A stretch of DNA of 64,000 nucleotides from Macrostomum lignano (Eukaryota). Under the pieces are notes generated by a model. That model saw only the letters and a program-made list of their open reading frames with translations, was not told the origin of the DNA and did no database searches. Below are positions 11,461 to 24,800 of this stretch, piece after piece. Numbering within the stretch: position 1 is the first letter of the stretch; every line of letters starts with the position of its first letter. Position numbers and translations under genes: made by a program. The stretch lies in the NCBI GenBank assembly GCA_002269645.1, contig NIVC01001762.1:176404-240403 (forward strand), written 5' to 3'.

Positions 11461-13000
11461 AAGGGGGTCCTCTTCACTCATCACTGTCACCGTCGCTGTC
11501 ACCACGCCTCACAGGCCACTCGGAAACAGAAGATACAGCTCAGCCTCACAACCCCACATTGAGGCTTTTTTCCCTTGGCATTGATACACTTGGCATATGG
11601 CTTTCGAATAGCTCGTTTGCCGCTTGCATCATGTTTGCCGAGGCCGCGATGCAGTGGGTGCAGCTTAAGCTGCAGGATGTCCACTCCAGAGATTCCACGG
11701 GTGGTCCGCACAGCTTCCTGCTGGCTCAGGGCGAGTTGTGCAGGAGAGCTGCCTCTTCTGCCTCGCCGATGGCTCCAGACTCCAGTTCCATCGGCTCCCT
11801 CGGGGCCGCCACCGGGGCCGTGAATGAGAATTCCGCATCAGCCTGACAGAGACAGAGAGCATCCAGCTATCCGACAGTCCGAGGATTGCCGTGAAACCGT
11901 CTCCACCCGGCTTGGAGATGTTCTCGTGAACTACGACGCCATTGGCCAGCAGCTCTGGATTGGAGCACTAGCAGGCGGTGCAGCTCGTCGGCCTTGGTGA
12001 TGGAACTGCGAGCCGGAATCCAGACACGGTGCCGGTGTGTCCGGGATCGCTCGTCCTCCCTGTAGATGAACAGATTTTCCAGCTCCGTATCCCAGTCGAA
12101 GGCTTTCAGCATTTCGAGAAGCTGCTGCCCAGACTGGCTGTCGGCGGGCTGGATGTGAAGGGCCTGGTCCTCGACTTTCGTCTAAAGGACTTGAAATGAC
12201 GGTACCGCTCAAGGCCATCTTGACCAGGTGCATGGGAGTTGTCCCTGGTAGCGAGCAATGCTATGGGCCTTCTTCTTAGAGGTCCGAGGTCCCCGGTCCT
12301 ATTATCCAGCCACTTCGGCAGTGTCCTGAATGGCGGCAGGGGCTGGTTGAGAGTCACCGGAAGTTCCGGTGTTGCGAATGTCCGGCTGCGCAGTACCAAC
12401 CTCGCAGTTAGTGCTCCAGCAGCATCAGGGGACGCGTCGGAAGTAAATGAATACTCCATGAGTCGCTTAAAGGTGAATGGGGACTAATTAAGAGGTGAGA
12501 AGCTGCTGGGCCGTACCCCAAACCCAACAGACAGCCAAAAGAATAGCGACCGGGAGGTTTAGCTTTACCCGCCCGACCACTAGCAACCGGGAAACTCCCC
12601 GGCTAAGAGCTCGGTTTGAAACCAGAGGCCGAACTAAAGGTCCATCGCGCGGTGCTACAATGGGTCTTTGAGGGAGGACAAAAAGGCTGTCTCTGGAGCC
12701 TGCGGACTGGCCGATACCCTGTTAAGGTCAGATCGAGGGTGATACTGATACCTGTTCCTCAGAACCGTGGCCAGAGGTACCTGATACGAACAGGTGCACT
12801 ACCGGGCAGAGACCGTACCCAAATCGGACAAGACAGAAGCCAAGGCCACGGATTGGGTTGCCGCCAACGGAGCCCAGCAGAACTAGAGCTGCCTTACATG
12901 CTGGACGTAGATCGGCTTGTGAGTCAACTTGTAGAGAGTTCTCCTGCCATTCCTGCACCAGAATAGAGGGTGCAGGTGTGAAGGATCGCAAACCTTAGCT
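11460..13000 (-). mobile_element. Decayed non-LTR-like retrotransposon 5' half (leader, ORF1 remnants, start of AP endonuclease)
   Basis: Frameshifted ORF1-like pieces (12459-12106, 12112-11867) are followed by DILQLKLH[H]CIAASANM..AIRKPY, resembling the ILQINLHHCxAAS..LIQEPY start of R1/LOA-type APE domains (judged by eye). No RT present. Confidence 0.5.
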
Positions 13001-14953
13001 TGTGATTGTGAGCCTTGTCTGTCTCATACTACACAGGCATGCTGAGACCGCCATAGTATGCTAACATTAAGCTCAGATTTTATCAAATTTACAATAATGA
13101 AACACGTCTATAAATGAAACCAGGAGAAAGGTTTCTACGAAGATGCGTAGTGTTAGTTTTTTTATTATAAGCTTCTTATAAATAAAAACGCGGAGTTTTT
13201 TTGCTTAAATTTACATACTTAACTGGCAAATTTTAAATTTAGAAATGCATGGGAAGTATCACACCAAGGAAAATACTAAGTCTATAATATGTTAGTTATA
13301 GTTGGCATTTGGCAAACAACAAAGGCTTATTATTATCACTTATTTAGCTAGATTTAAGAGATTTAATAAGAGAGAGGATTTGTCAGATCAGATTAACTTA
13401 TTTGGCATGATGTAAAAGTATGATGAATGATGTTAAAAGAAAATTAGACCCTATAGTTTGTTATATATCCCATGGCCATATACTAAAAATGGTTTGTCTG
13501 TGTGTGTGTGTGACTATCTATTAAAAATATTAAATTGAGAAGCCTATTAAAACTATTAGGACTATTAAAAATGAATTTGAATAATTTTTAATGAATTTCT
13601 TAACTTTCTAAATATTTCTAAATATAAAGTCAGAGAGGAAATCAAGAAAATTTTATTGTTCAGCAATTTTCCTATTTTATTCATAAAATTCTTGACATTT
13701 TAAAAATTCCTTTTTTGTTTGAACTATAATTGTATAAATAGTTGGAACATTAATTAAAGGAGAGGCTTTTCTAAATCCTAGCTTCCCTAGTATAGTATAG
13801 ACCTAATATAGACCCCAATGCACCACATATTTATATGAACCTAGTTGATGGCACCTGGGCCCATGCAAAGACCAAGTTTCACAATATATGAGGAACCAGT
13901 GATGCATTGTTTTCCTCACATTTAAAGGAGTTCTTATAATACAAGCTTCACACTTTATCAATGCCTTTGGCCTTTGGGCATATTAGGAATACCCACTATT
14001 ATCCTTGCTAGGGCCTAGTTATTATTATTACATGCTATTATGCTATGTGTAGGCCCTATGCTATGCTGCATGCTTATAGGTTATAGCCATTAGGGCCTAA
14101 CATTATGGACTAGGGCCCTTATAACTATTAAATTGACTATAATTAATTATTATGTCTAGGCCTACTACAAAAAAGGAATTAAAGGATCTAGTTATAACAT
14201 AGAATGTTTTTCTATGGCTCCAATGCATTTTAGGCCCAATACTAACTTTTAGGCATTGTTGCCAAGTAGGTTTTCACTATTTTAGCATTTTTAGATTTAC
14301 TTTTATCAATAGATAAAGGATAAAAAACTAAACAGACTTAAAAACAACCAATTAGAAATTGGTTAACTAAAAATATTATAAACATTATTAGTAAAAGCCA
14401 AAGTTTTGGGGCGAAAATGATCATAGTGCCTAATAGACAAAATACATTACAAAAATTTAAGCAAAAATTAGGATACAAAAATGTTTTTATATGTAACTTT
14501 TTATTACTTGACTAATTTTCAAAAGTAAGGATTTTAATATTGGTTTTAAAATGTTGAATAATGAGTATGCAGCATGGGAAAATAAAAGATGAGTATTATT
14601 ATTGAGTAATAAAGCTTGAATAGGCCTAATATCTACTCATTGTAAATAAAAAAAGATTATTTTCAGAAGCAGCAAAATTTTACATGTAACTGTACCTTAG
14701 CTTTCTAGTTCGGGTGCTTACTTAAAAAAGGAACTGATCTATTAATATGAATAACACACAACAAAGGCTTACCACCAGCCACTGTGATTTTGTTTAGCCA
14801 TGAAAATCATGGATATATGATGCAAGTCAGGATGTCCTAGTTTAATTAATTCATTCATTCATTTTCCTTCTTACCAATTACAGGAGCTAATGCCACTTGG
14901 ACAGGCCTTCTTTCTCCTTTCCATCTCTCTGAACTAATCCTTGCCAAGCAGAG

Positions 14954-16517
14954 ATGGACCCAGCTGTGCAGACCTCAGTGCTGTCAGTCATAGCATTGAT
15001 TGCCTGCTTCACTGTCAGCCTGCTTGTCTGCTGCTGCTGCGCCAGGTTCTGGGGGCGCAGGCGCTACCAGCCCACCTCGGCTGCCGAAATCAACAGGCCG
15101 CTGCACACTGGCCGGGGGCTGCCCGGCCGGGCCGAGAGGCTGCAGCAATCTATAGGAAGATTCTCCGCCTCCATCAGGTGCGGCTGCTCAAAGTATATGT
15201 GAGAGTAGACAGGATGTGAGAGTTAGAGTAGACAGGATGTGAGAGTAGACAGGATGTGAGTGGACAGGGTGTGAGTGGACAGGGTGGGAGTGGACAGGAT
15301 GTGAGAGTAGACAGGATGTGAGAGTAGACAGGATGTGAGAGTAGACAGGGGATGAGAGAGTAAACAGGATGTGAGAGTAGACAGGATGAGAGAGTAAACT
15401 GGACGTGAGAGTAGACACGGTGTGAGAGTAGATAGGATGAGAGAGTAGACAGGGTGTGAGAGTAGATAAGATGTGAGAGTAGACAGGATATCAGAGTAGA
15501 CAGGATGTGAAAGTGGACAGGATGTGAGAGTAGGCAAAAATGTGCATAATCGATGGAAGAGAATTTACATAGTTAGAGAGAGAAGTAGAAAACGAGGAAG
15601 AGAAAATATTGGAGCAGAAAGGTAGGCAGCCGAGTAGAGTAGACAGAAGGGGGAAAAGGGCTGAGAACACAGGGCAGGGCAGACAAGGGGCAGAGAACAC
15701 AGGGCTAGGGCAGACAAGGGGCAGAGAACACAGGGCTAGGGCAGACAAGGGGCAGAGAACACAGGGCTAGGGCAGACAAGGGGCAGAGAACACAGGGCTA
15801 GGGTAGACAAGGGGCAGAGAACACAGGGCAGGGTAGACAAGGGGCAGAGAACACAGGGCAGGGCAGACAAGGGGCAGAGAACACAGGGCTAGGGCAGACA
15901 AGGGGCAGAGAACACAGGGCTAGGGCAGACAAGGGGCAGAGAACACAGGGCAGGGCAGACAAGGGACAGAGAACACAGGGCTAGGGCAGACAAGGGGCAG
16001 AGAACACAGGGCTAGGGCAGACAAGGGGCAGAGAACACAGGGCTAGGGCAGACAAGGGGCAGAGAACGCAGGGCAGGGCAGACATGATCAGCAATTTCGT
16101 GTCCTAAGATACCCTCAATAACAATGCAGACGGAAGTTCCGCCGTCAGCGCTCCATCAATCGGGCCCTGACTTCTGGCGATGCCTGCAGCAATGGCGGCG
16201 GCGGGGGCATAGACACGACAGGCGGACTCACCCTGAACCCCAGTGTCTATCACCGCATGGAGACCGGGCACTACAACACTGCATTTGAGAGTTGCTACGC
16301 TGAAGAGGAGCGGCCAGCCTGGCTGAGTGGCCCAGTGGGCAACGGATTTTCAAACGGGGCTGGAGGCGCGGGACCCCAGTATCCTTCAAATCGGCACTTG
16401 AACTCCCACGACAGTACTCGGCATCAGCTTCAGCTTCATCAGTTACAGCATCAGCAGCATCAGCAGGTTGCGCGGCCTGACAGACAAGGCCGAAGGCAGA
16501 ACGAATCGGCTGTATGA
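14954..16517 (+). CDS. Orphan single-pass membrane protein, 203 aa
   Basis: Exon 14954-15177 (MDPAVQTS, hydrophobic VLSVIALIACFTVSLLV, CCCC, basic RFWGRRRY) splices in frame (AG|A, GT-AG) to 16130-16517. An acceptor at ~14883 implies an upstream 5'UTR intron. Confidence 0.7.
15200..15530. repeat. 17-bp intronic minisatellite (GAGAGTAGACAGGATGT)n
   Basis: Tandem units starting just after the donor. Confidence 0.9.
15660..16080. repeat. 31-bp intronic minisatellite (GAGAACACAGGGCTAGGGCAGACAAGGGGCA)n
   Basis: About 13 tandem units. Confidence 0.9.
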
Positions 16518-16759
16518 GGCCTTCTTTGCCTTCATCCTCTGCAAACCAGACTGAGCGGTATTACAGAACATTATTCCAATTCGACTTCACCTTCACTGAA
16601 TATTTCCATTATAATTTGTTTGCATGCGTTGCTGCCTACTCGACTGAGTAGCAAAGTTGGTGCGTTGTATTTTATTTTTGTATTATTTATTTATTAACTG
16701 GCGGGACTTGCTTTTCATATTCATGAAACTGTTGACTTGATGAATATTTTAGAGGGATC

Positions 16760-17720
16760 CAGAAGGGAGCTTTGCAGGAATTGAGAAGGGAGCTAGCAGG
16801 GATTGAGAAGGGAGCTGTGCAGGGATTAAGAAGTTAGCTGTGCAGGGATAAAAAGAGAGAGCTGTGCAGGGATTAAGAAAGGAGCTGTGCAGGAATTGAG
16901 AAGGGAGCTGTGTAGGGATTGAGAAGGGAGCTGTGTAGGGATTGAGAAGGGAGCTGTGTAGGGATTGAGAAGGGAGCTGTGTAGGGATTGAGAAGGGAGC
17001 TGTGTAGGGATTGAGAAGGGAGCTGTGTAGGGATTGAGAAGGGAGCTGTGTATGGACTGAGAAGGGAGCTGTGCAGGGATTGAGAAAGGAGCTGTGTAGG
17101 GACTGAGAAGGGAGCTGTGCAGGGATTGAGAAAGGAGCTGTGTATGGATTGAGAAGGGAGCTGTGTAGGGATTGAGAAGGGAGCTTTGCAGGGATTGAGA
17201 AGGGAGCTGTGTAGGGACTGAGAGGGGAGCTGTGTAGGGATTAAGAAGGGAGCTGTGTAGGGATTAAGAAGGGAGCTGTGTAGGGACTGAGAAGGGAGCT
17301 GTGTAGGGATTAAGAATGGAGCTGTGTAGGGACTGAGAAGGGAGCTGTGCAGGGATTAATAAGGGAGCTGTGCAGGGATTAAGAAAGGAGCTGTGTAGGG
17401 ACTGAGAAGGGAGCTGTGCAGGGATTGAGAAGGGAGCTGTGTATGGATTGAGAAGGGAGCTGTGTAGGGATTGAGAAGGGAGCTTTGCAGGGATTGAGAA
17501 GGGAGCTGTGTAGGGACTGAGAGGGGAGCTGTGTAGGGATTAAGAAGGGAGCTGTGTAGGGATTAAGAAGGGAGCTGTGTAGGGACTGAGAAGGGAGCTG
17601 TGTAGGGATTAAGAAAGGAGCTGTGTAGGGACTGAGAAGGGAGCTGTGCAGGGATTAATAAGGGAGCTGTGTATGGACTGAGAAGGGAGCTGTGCAGGGA
17701 TTGAGAAGGGAGCTGTACAA
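16760..17720. repeat. 23-bp minisatellite (GGGATTGAGAAGGGAGCTGTGTA)n
   Basis: About 41 tandem units. Confidence 0.95.
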
Positions 17721-18859
17721 GGACTATTGCAGGAAGACTTTCACACACATTGAGCTGAATTTCAAAATTTGTAAAAAAAATGTGAATTAAGCCATTCCCT
17801 GCATACTGTAAGTAGCAAGTAAAGAGTTTGCTTGTATTTTATGTATCAAATCCGATTGTTTCTCTATCGTAGTTACTCGCTCAAGTATTTAAAATGCAAA
17901 TTTGGCTGCGTCTATTGAATCTCATATAGAGTTTTTGTACTTTTTGTGTACACCGACAAACATTCCTCTGTACAGTGCAGCTTGAATCTGCAAGCGTTGC
18001 CCACCGCCTCTGAAATGACTTCCTACTCGTCAGAGTAGGTCAAGAGTAGGTAAGGCAAGAGTAGGTCTCGTTTGATTTTGCTTTTGTTTTGCCTTTTTTA
18101 TGGATATTTTTATATGCCTGCAGGTTGGCAGAAATAGATTCGCATCGGACTACTGTGGACCTCCTTTATGGCCAAATCATTTTGATGCCTACAATTAAAA
18201 ACACTAATTCTGTTTACCTGCTTGTCGTTATTGCGTTAAAAATATTAATTACAGATCTGCGATGGCTTGAGAAGTTCTGTTGGATAATTTGTACTTACTG
18301 ATCCTCCATATGGGATCATCTGGACTGTTCCCACCTCTGGGATCCTTCATGTGTGGGATCATCTGGACTGTTCCCACCTCTGGGATCCTTCACGGGATCA
18401 TCTGGCTGCTTACAGGCGCATGTCAGGTGCATCCAACGGATCACCCGCAGCCGGTGTGACACAAAAATGTTAGGCTTCTGCCGGCTCTCCTGCAGAAGCA
18501 AAATAGGTTGGCAGTATTTCTCAAAAGTCTAATAAGTTCAAGATTCAAGAGCTGAAGATATGAGCAACCAAAGCGAAGCCTGCGGTCGCACAGAGTCGAA
18601 TTCTTGAAGGCAGTTGGCTGCCCGTGTGCAGCTCACTTTTGTGCGTTATCAACTCGCTTATCATTGCCTGTGTTCCTTTCCCCTGTGATTGCCTCGAACT
18701 GCTTGGCTGAGCCGTTATCAGAGAAGGCGGGGATTGAGTGACACAGTTAGAATCTTCTTACGCCTCAGGTTCAGCCAACGCCCCGTGGCTGCAGTCAAAA
18801 CACTTTTATACCGGCGAGAGAATTAAAGCGAAACCGTCAAACTTGCCTGAGCAGATTGG

Positions 18860-21800
18860 CTTGAAAGCAGCAGCAATTTCTTTAGGCCGTTATTTCTGCT
18901 TCTTTTGCTGCGGCCTCGGCGAGCAACCAGCGGACTGCCGGCACTCAGAATGGGGCCGCTGGTCACTTCAGGCTTCGACACGTCTGAGCTGGCGTGCTCG
19001 GATGTCATTCACAATAACACGTATGTCACTGCGGTTGCCATTGGTGATTCTGTTTGGGGCATCATATTGTGTACTTGCTGACTCACTCACTCACTCACTC
19101 ACTCACTCACTCACTCACTCACTCACTCACTCACTCACTCACTCACTCACTCACTCACTCACTCACTCACTCACTCAATCACTCACTCACTCACTCACTC
19201 ACCACTCACTCACTCACTCACTCACTCAATCACTCACTCACTCACTCACTCACCACTCACTCACTCACTCATTCACTCACTCACTCACCACTTACTCACT
19301 CACTCATTCACTCACTCACTCACCACTTACTCACTCACTCACTCACTCATTCACTCACTCACTCACTAATTCACTCACTCACTACCTCATTCACTAACTC
19401 ACTCACTCACTCACTCACTCACTACCTCATTCACTAACTCACTCACTCACTCACTCACTCACTCACTCACTCATTCACTCACTCACTCATTCACCACTCA
19501 CTCACTCACTCACTCACTCACTCACTCACTCACTCACTCACTCACTCATTCACTCACTGGTGTCACTGAAGCGGTCCCGTTCACCTGCCCATGATTATTT
19601 AATTCCCACCGATCGCAGGCTCTGGGGCAACGACGCGAACACCCTCTGCCAGCTGGTGAACGCCACCGAGAGCTGCATCTTTAATGACGGCCATATCGAG
19701 TACCTTCTAGGCATGTACTGCGTCTTCAAGGATGTGGTGCCGCTTGGCGTCACCCTGATGGTGGGTTGCGGGGCAGCTGCAGCTCTGATGCGTTGCGTTG
19801 TCTTTCACTCACTGACTCACAAATGACTCGCATCTAGTCACAAAATCAGGTCACTCATTCAGTCACGCGGTCACCCTCTCACTCAACTCTTAGTCACTAA
19901 TTCAGTCACTCAACCACTAATTCAGTCAATCGGTCACTGATTCTGTCACTCGGTCACTCACTCAGTCATTAATTCAGTCACTCGGTCACTCACTTAGTCA
20001 CTAATTCAGTCACTCAGTCACTCCCTCAGTCATTAATTCAGTCACTCGGTAACTCACTCAGTCACTAATTCAGTCACTCGGTCACTCACTCAGTCATTAA
20101 TTTAGTCACTCGGTCACTCACTCAGTCACTAATTCAGTCACTCGGTCACTCACTCAGTCATTAATTCAGTCACTCGGTTACTCACTCAGTCACTATTTCA
20201 GTCACTCGGTCACTCACTCAGTCACTAATTCAGTCACTCGGTCACTCACTCAGTCATTAATTCAGTCACTTGGTTACTCACTCAGTCACTAATTCAGTCA
20301 CTCGGTCACTCACTCAGTCATTAATTCAGTCACTCAGTCACTCACTCAGTCACTAATTCAGTCACTCGGTCACTCACTCAGTCACTAACTCAGTCACTCG
20401 CTCGCACCCCCCTCCCAGTTCCTGTGGCTCATCATGATGCTCATCGGCCTGGCCACCACAGCCGACGTCTTGTAAGTGCGGAATTTTTGTATTGAAACTT
20501 TGCTTAAAGCTCTGCTCAGAAACTATGAGAATCCATCGCTCCCAACTTTACCGGCGTCCAGCTTCGGGCCGTGCCTCATCGTGATGGCGGACACCATGCG
20601 GCTGAGCCAGAATGTGGCGGGCGTCACCCTCCTGGCGCTGGGCAACGGCGCCCCGGACATCTTCAGCGCCATCTCCTCCATCACCACGCTGAAGGACGGC
20701 GACGCCGGCTTGGCTTTCGGAGCGCTGCTGGGTAACTAAAGCCTATTTTCGATACATATCGGCCAATTCTTCAAACTTAAGAGAATTGCACAGATCGCAG
20801 TTTTCATTCTTTCCCAATATTAGCTCGTAATCCCAGATAGAAAATATCGAATTTCAAAGCTGAAGTCCCAAATCCTTAATCCTAAATTAAAAATCTAAAT
20901 CCAAAACGTTATAAGTCTCTGATATCTAAAATCTTAAATCCCAAAACGCTACTCTCAAGCCACGACTCACAACTCCCAACTCTGAATTAAGTCCAATATC
21001 TTAAATTCAATATCCCTAATCTAATATCCCCATTCCCCAATCCAATACCCCAATATCCCCAATCCAATATCCCCAATCCAATATCCCAAACCCAATATCC
21101 CAAATCCAATATCCCAAATCCAATATCCCAAGTCTCAAATCCCGAATCAACTATCTCAAATCTAACATCCCAAATCCAACACCCCAATCCAACATCCCCA
21201 ATCCAATATCCAATATCGATATCCCTAATCCCATATCCCAAATCTCAAACCCCAAATCCCTCTCTCCCAGGCGCCGGCATCTTCGTTACCGCTGTGACAG
21301 CCGGCGCCATCGCCATCGTGAAGCCGTTCACCGCGATGTCCCGCCCGCTGATGAAGGACATCGTGTTCTACATGTTCACCATCTTCTGGGCCTTCATCGT
21401 GATGTTCAGGCAGACCATCACCCTGGTGGACTCGATCGGGTTCATCGTGCTGTACGTGCTCTACGTGATCCTCACTGTGGTGTCCAGGGCGCTGTATTCC
21501 CAGGGCATCGGCGCGGGCAGCAAGGAGGGCCAGGCCGGCACCGAAGCTGTCGCTGGGGCCCAGGATGAGGTGACCGGCTTGAAGGCAGCTGATATTCGCT
21601 TTTTGTCTGCTGTTGCCCTCACCGATTCCTTTGGCGAGTTCTTTCGCCCAATCCTTCAATGTTTTCTTTTACCAATCCATTTACCAATCCATTCACCAAT
21701 CCGTTCACCAATACATTCTCCAATCCGTTCACCAATACATTCTCCAATCCATTCACCAATGCATTCACTAATCCATTCACCAATCTATTCACCAATCCGT

Positions 21801-24800
21801 TCACCAATACATTCATCAATCTATTCACAAAAATTTTCACCAATACATTCACCAATATATTCACCAATACATTCACCAATTAATTCACCAATCCATTCAC
21901 CAACCTCTTACCAATCTATTCACCTACCTCTTACCAATCCATTCACAAATGCATTCACAAATGCATTCACCAATCCATTCACCAATCCATTCACAAATGC
22001 ATTCACAAATGCATTCACCAATCCATTCACCAATCCATTCACAAATCCATTCACCAATACATTCACAAATCCATTCACCAATCAATTTACCAATCCATTC
22101 ACCAATACATTCACAAATCCATTCACTAATACATTCACAAATCCATTCACCAATACATTCACAAATCCATTCACCAATCCATTCACAAATCCATTCACCA
22201 ATACATTCTCCAATCCATTCACCAATACATTCACCAATCCATTCACCAATACATTCACAAATCCATTCACCAATTCATTCACCAATACATTCTCCAATCC
22301 ATTCATCAATACATTCACCAATCCATTCACCAATCCATTCACCAACACATTCACAAATCCATTCACCAATACATTCACCAATCCATTCACCAACACATTC
22401 ACAAATCCATTCACCAATTCATTCACCAATCCATTCACCAATCCATTCACCAATCCATTCACCAATCCATTCACCAATCCATTCACCAATCCATTCACCA
22501 ATCCATTCACCAATACATTTACCAATCCATTCACCAATCCATTCACCAATCCATTCACCAATACATTTACCAATCCATTCACCAATACATTCACCAATCC
22601 ATTCACCAACCTATTCACCTCCAGGACCCGGCGGCGGGAGGTTCCGAAGCTTTCCGCATGCGCTCCTGCAGCGACATCCAGCAGGACGTCGGCGCAGTCT
22701 ACGCCAACGACAATCCGGCCTTCAACTCCGAGATGGAAGCCGACGCCGCGGCCGGGTACGACACCTCGCTGGATTTCCCAGGCGGCCTCCAGCGGGCCGA
22801 GCCGGACGAGTCGAAGACGGCGCGGTGAGTTCGATGAGTTCAGTTTTGAGTTCGATTGCGTGTCGACGCGTCAAGTTGATGGATCACTGACAGGCTGATT
22901 GGTGGGTCACTGACAGGCTGATTGGTGGGTCACTGACAGGCTGATTGATAGGTCACTGACAGGCTGATTGGTGGGTCACTGACAGGCTGATTGATAGGTC
23001 ACTGACAGGCTGATTGGTGGGTCACTGACAGGCTGATTGATGAGTCACTGACAGGCTGATTGGTGGGTCACTGACAGGCTGATTGATGGGTCACTGACAG
23101 GCTGATTGGTGGGTCACTGACAGGCTGATTGATGGGTCACTGACAGGCTGATTGATAGGTCTCTAACAGGCTGATTGATAGGTCTCTAACAGGCTGATTG
23201 ATAGTTCACTGACAGGCTGATTGATAGGTCACTGACAGGCTGATTGATGGATCACTGACAGGCTGATTGATGGGTCACTGACAGGCTGATTGGTGGGTCA
23301 CTGACAGGCTGATTGATGGGTCACTGACAGGCTGATTGGTGGGTCACTGACAGGCTGATTGATGGGTCACTGACAGGCTGATTGATAGGTCTCTAACAGG
23401 CTGATTGATAGGTCTCTAACAGGCTGATTGATAGTTCACTGACAGGCTGATTGATAGGTCACTGACAGGCTGATTGATGGGTCACTGACAGGCTGATTGA
23501 TAGGTCACTAACAGGCTGTTTGATAGGTCACTGACAGGCTGATTGATAGGTCACTGACAGGCTGATTGATGGGTCACTGACAGGCTGATTGATGAGTCTC
23601 TGACAGGCTGATTGATAGGTCACTGACAGGCTGATTGATGAGTCACTGACAGGCTGATTGATAGGTCACTGACAGGCTGATTGATGGGTCACTGACAGGC
23701 TGATTGATAGGTCACTGACAGGCTGATTGGTGGGTCACTGACAGGCTGATTGATGAGTCACTGACAGGCTGATTGATAGGTCACTGACAGGCTGATTGAT
23801 GAGTCACTGACAGGCTGATTGATAGGTTACTGACAGGCTGATTGATGGGTCACTGACAGGCTGATTGGTGGGTCACTGACAGGCTGATTGATGGGTCACT
23901 GACAGGCTGATTGGTGGGTCACTGACAGGCTGATTGATGGGTCACTGACAGGCTGATTGATAGGTCTCTAACAGGCTGATTGATAGGTCTCTAACAGGCT
24001 GATTGATAGTTCACTGACAGGTTGATTGATAGGTCACTGACAGGCTGATTGATGGGTCACTGACAGGCTGATTGATAGGTCACTAACAGGCTGATTGATA
24101 GGTCACTGACAGGCTGATTGATAGGTCACTGACAGGCTGATTAGTGGGTCACTGAGAGGCCGTTCACTCCCTGCCCAGGTCTCGCCGTTTCCAAGAGCTC
24201 GATGTGCACAGCTCGCCGAAGACTTCAGTGGCGAGGAAGCCGTCCCGCCTGGACGAGCGCATGAAGCGGGTGTCCCGCGTTCAGATGCAGAAGCTGTCCC
24301 GTACCGGCCAGGAGTCCTTCGGCGAGGCCGACGGTGTTGTGTCCGGCGGCCGGAAGCGGTCGCAAGTGGGCCGGAAAGTGTCCACCGCCAGCTTCACGGG
24401 AGTTGAGCGGCGGGCCAACTATCTGACGCGCTGGATGCTGGGTGAGGCTGGGACTTCAGGTTGATCTATTTGGCGGTGCTGGGTTCGAATCTCAGTCTCA
24501 CCAAAATATGAAATCAAATCCTTCTCCTACATGAAGGTCCTGAGATCTAATCCCAGTCCTACCTAGAGGTCCTTGGTTCGAATCCCATTTTTCATAAAGT
24601 TGCGAGTACGAGTCCCAAAATTTTTTTAGAGAGTCTTGAGTTCGTATCTATAAGTCTTGGGTTCGTTCCTGGTCTCATCGCTCGTATGAGATTCTATGGG
24701 TCCAATACTTACAAAACTTGATTATTTTCAACTCCATCTTGGGTTTTCTTGGGTTTGAAACAGCAAAAAGTGGTTCTTCAGTAAGTTCGTAAAAAATAAA

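Noticed and set aside
21570-22898. 3' part of the 534-aa ORF 21294..22898
   Set aside because: Read-through of a real exon into an intronic 12-bp array; donor at ~21570.
16760-24160. Regular 23-32-bp arrays as CRISPR
   Set aside because: Units are contiguous without unique spacers; eukaryotic context and no cas genes.
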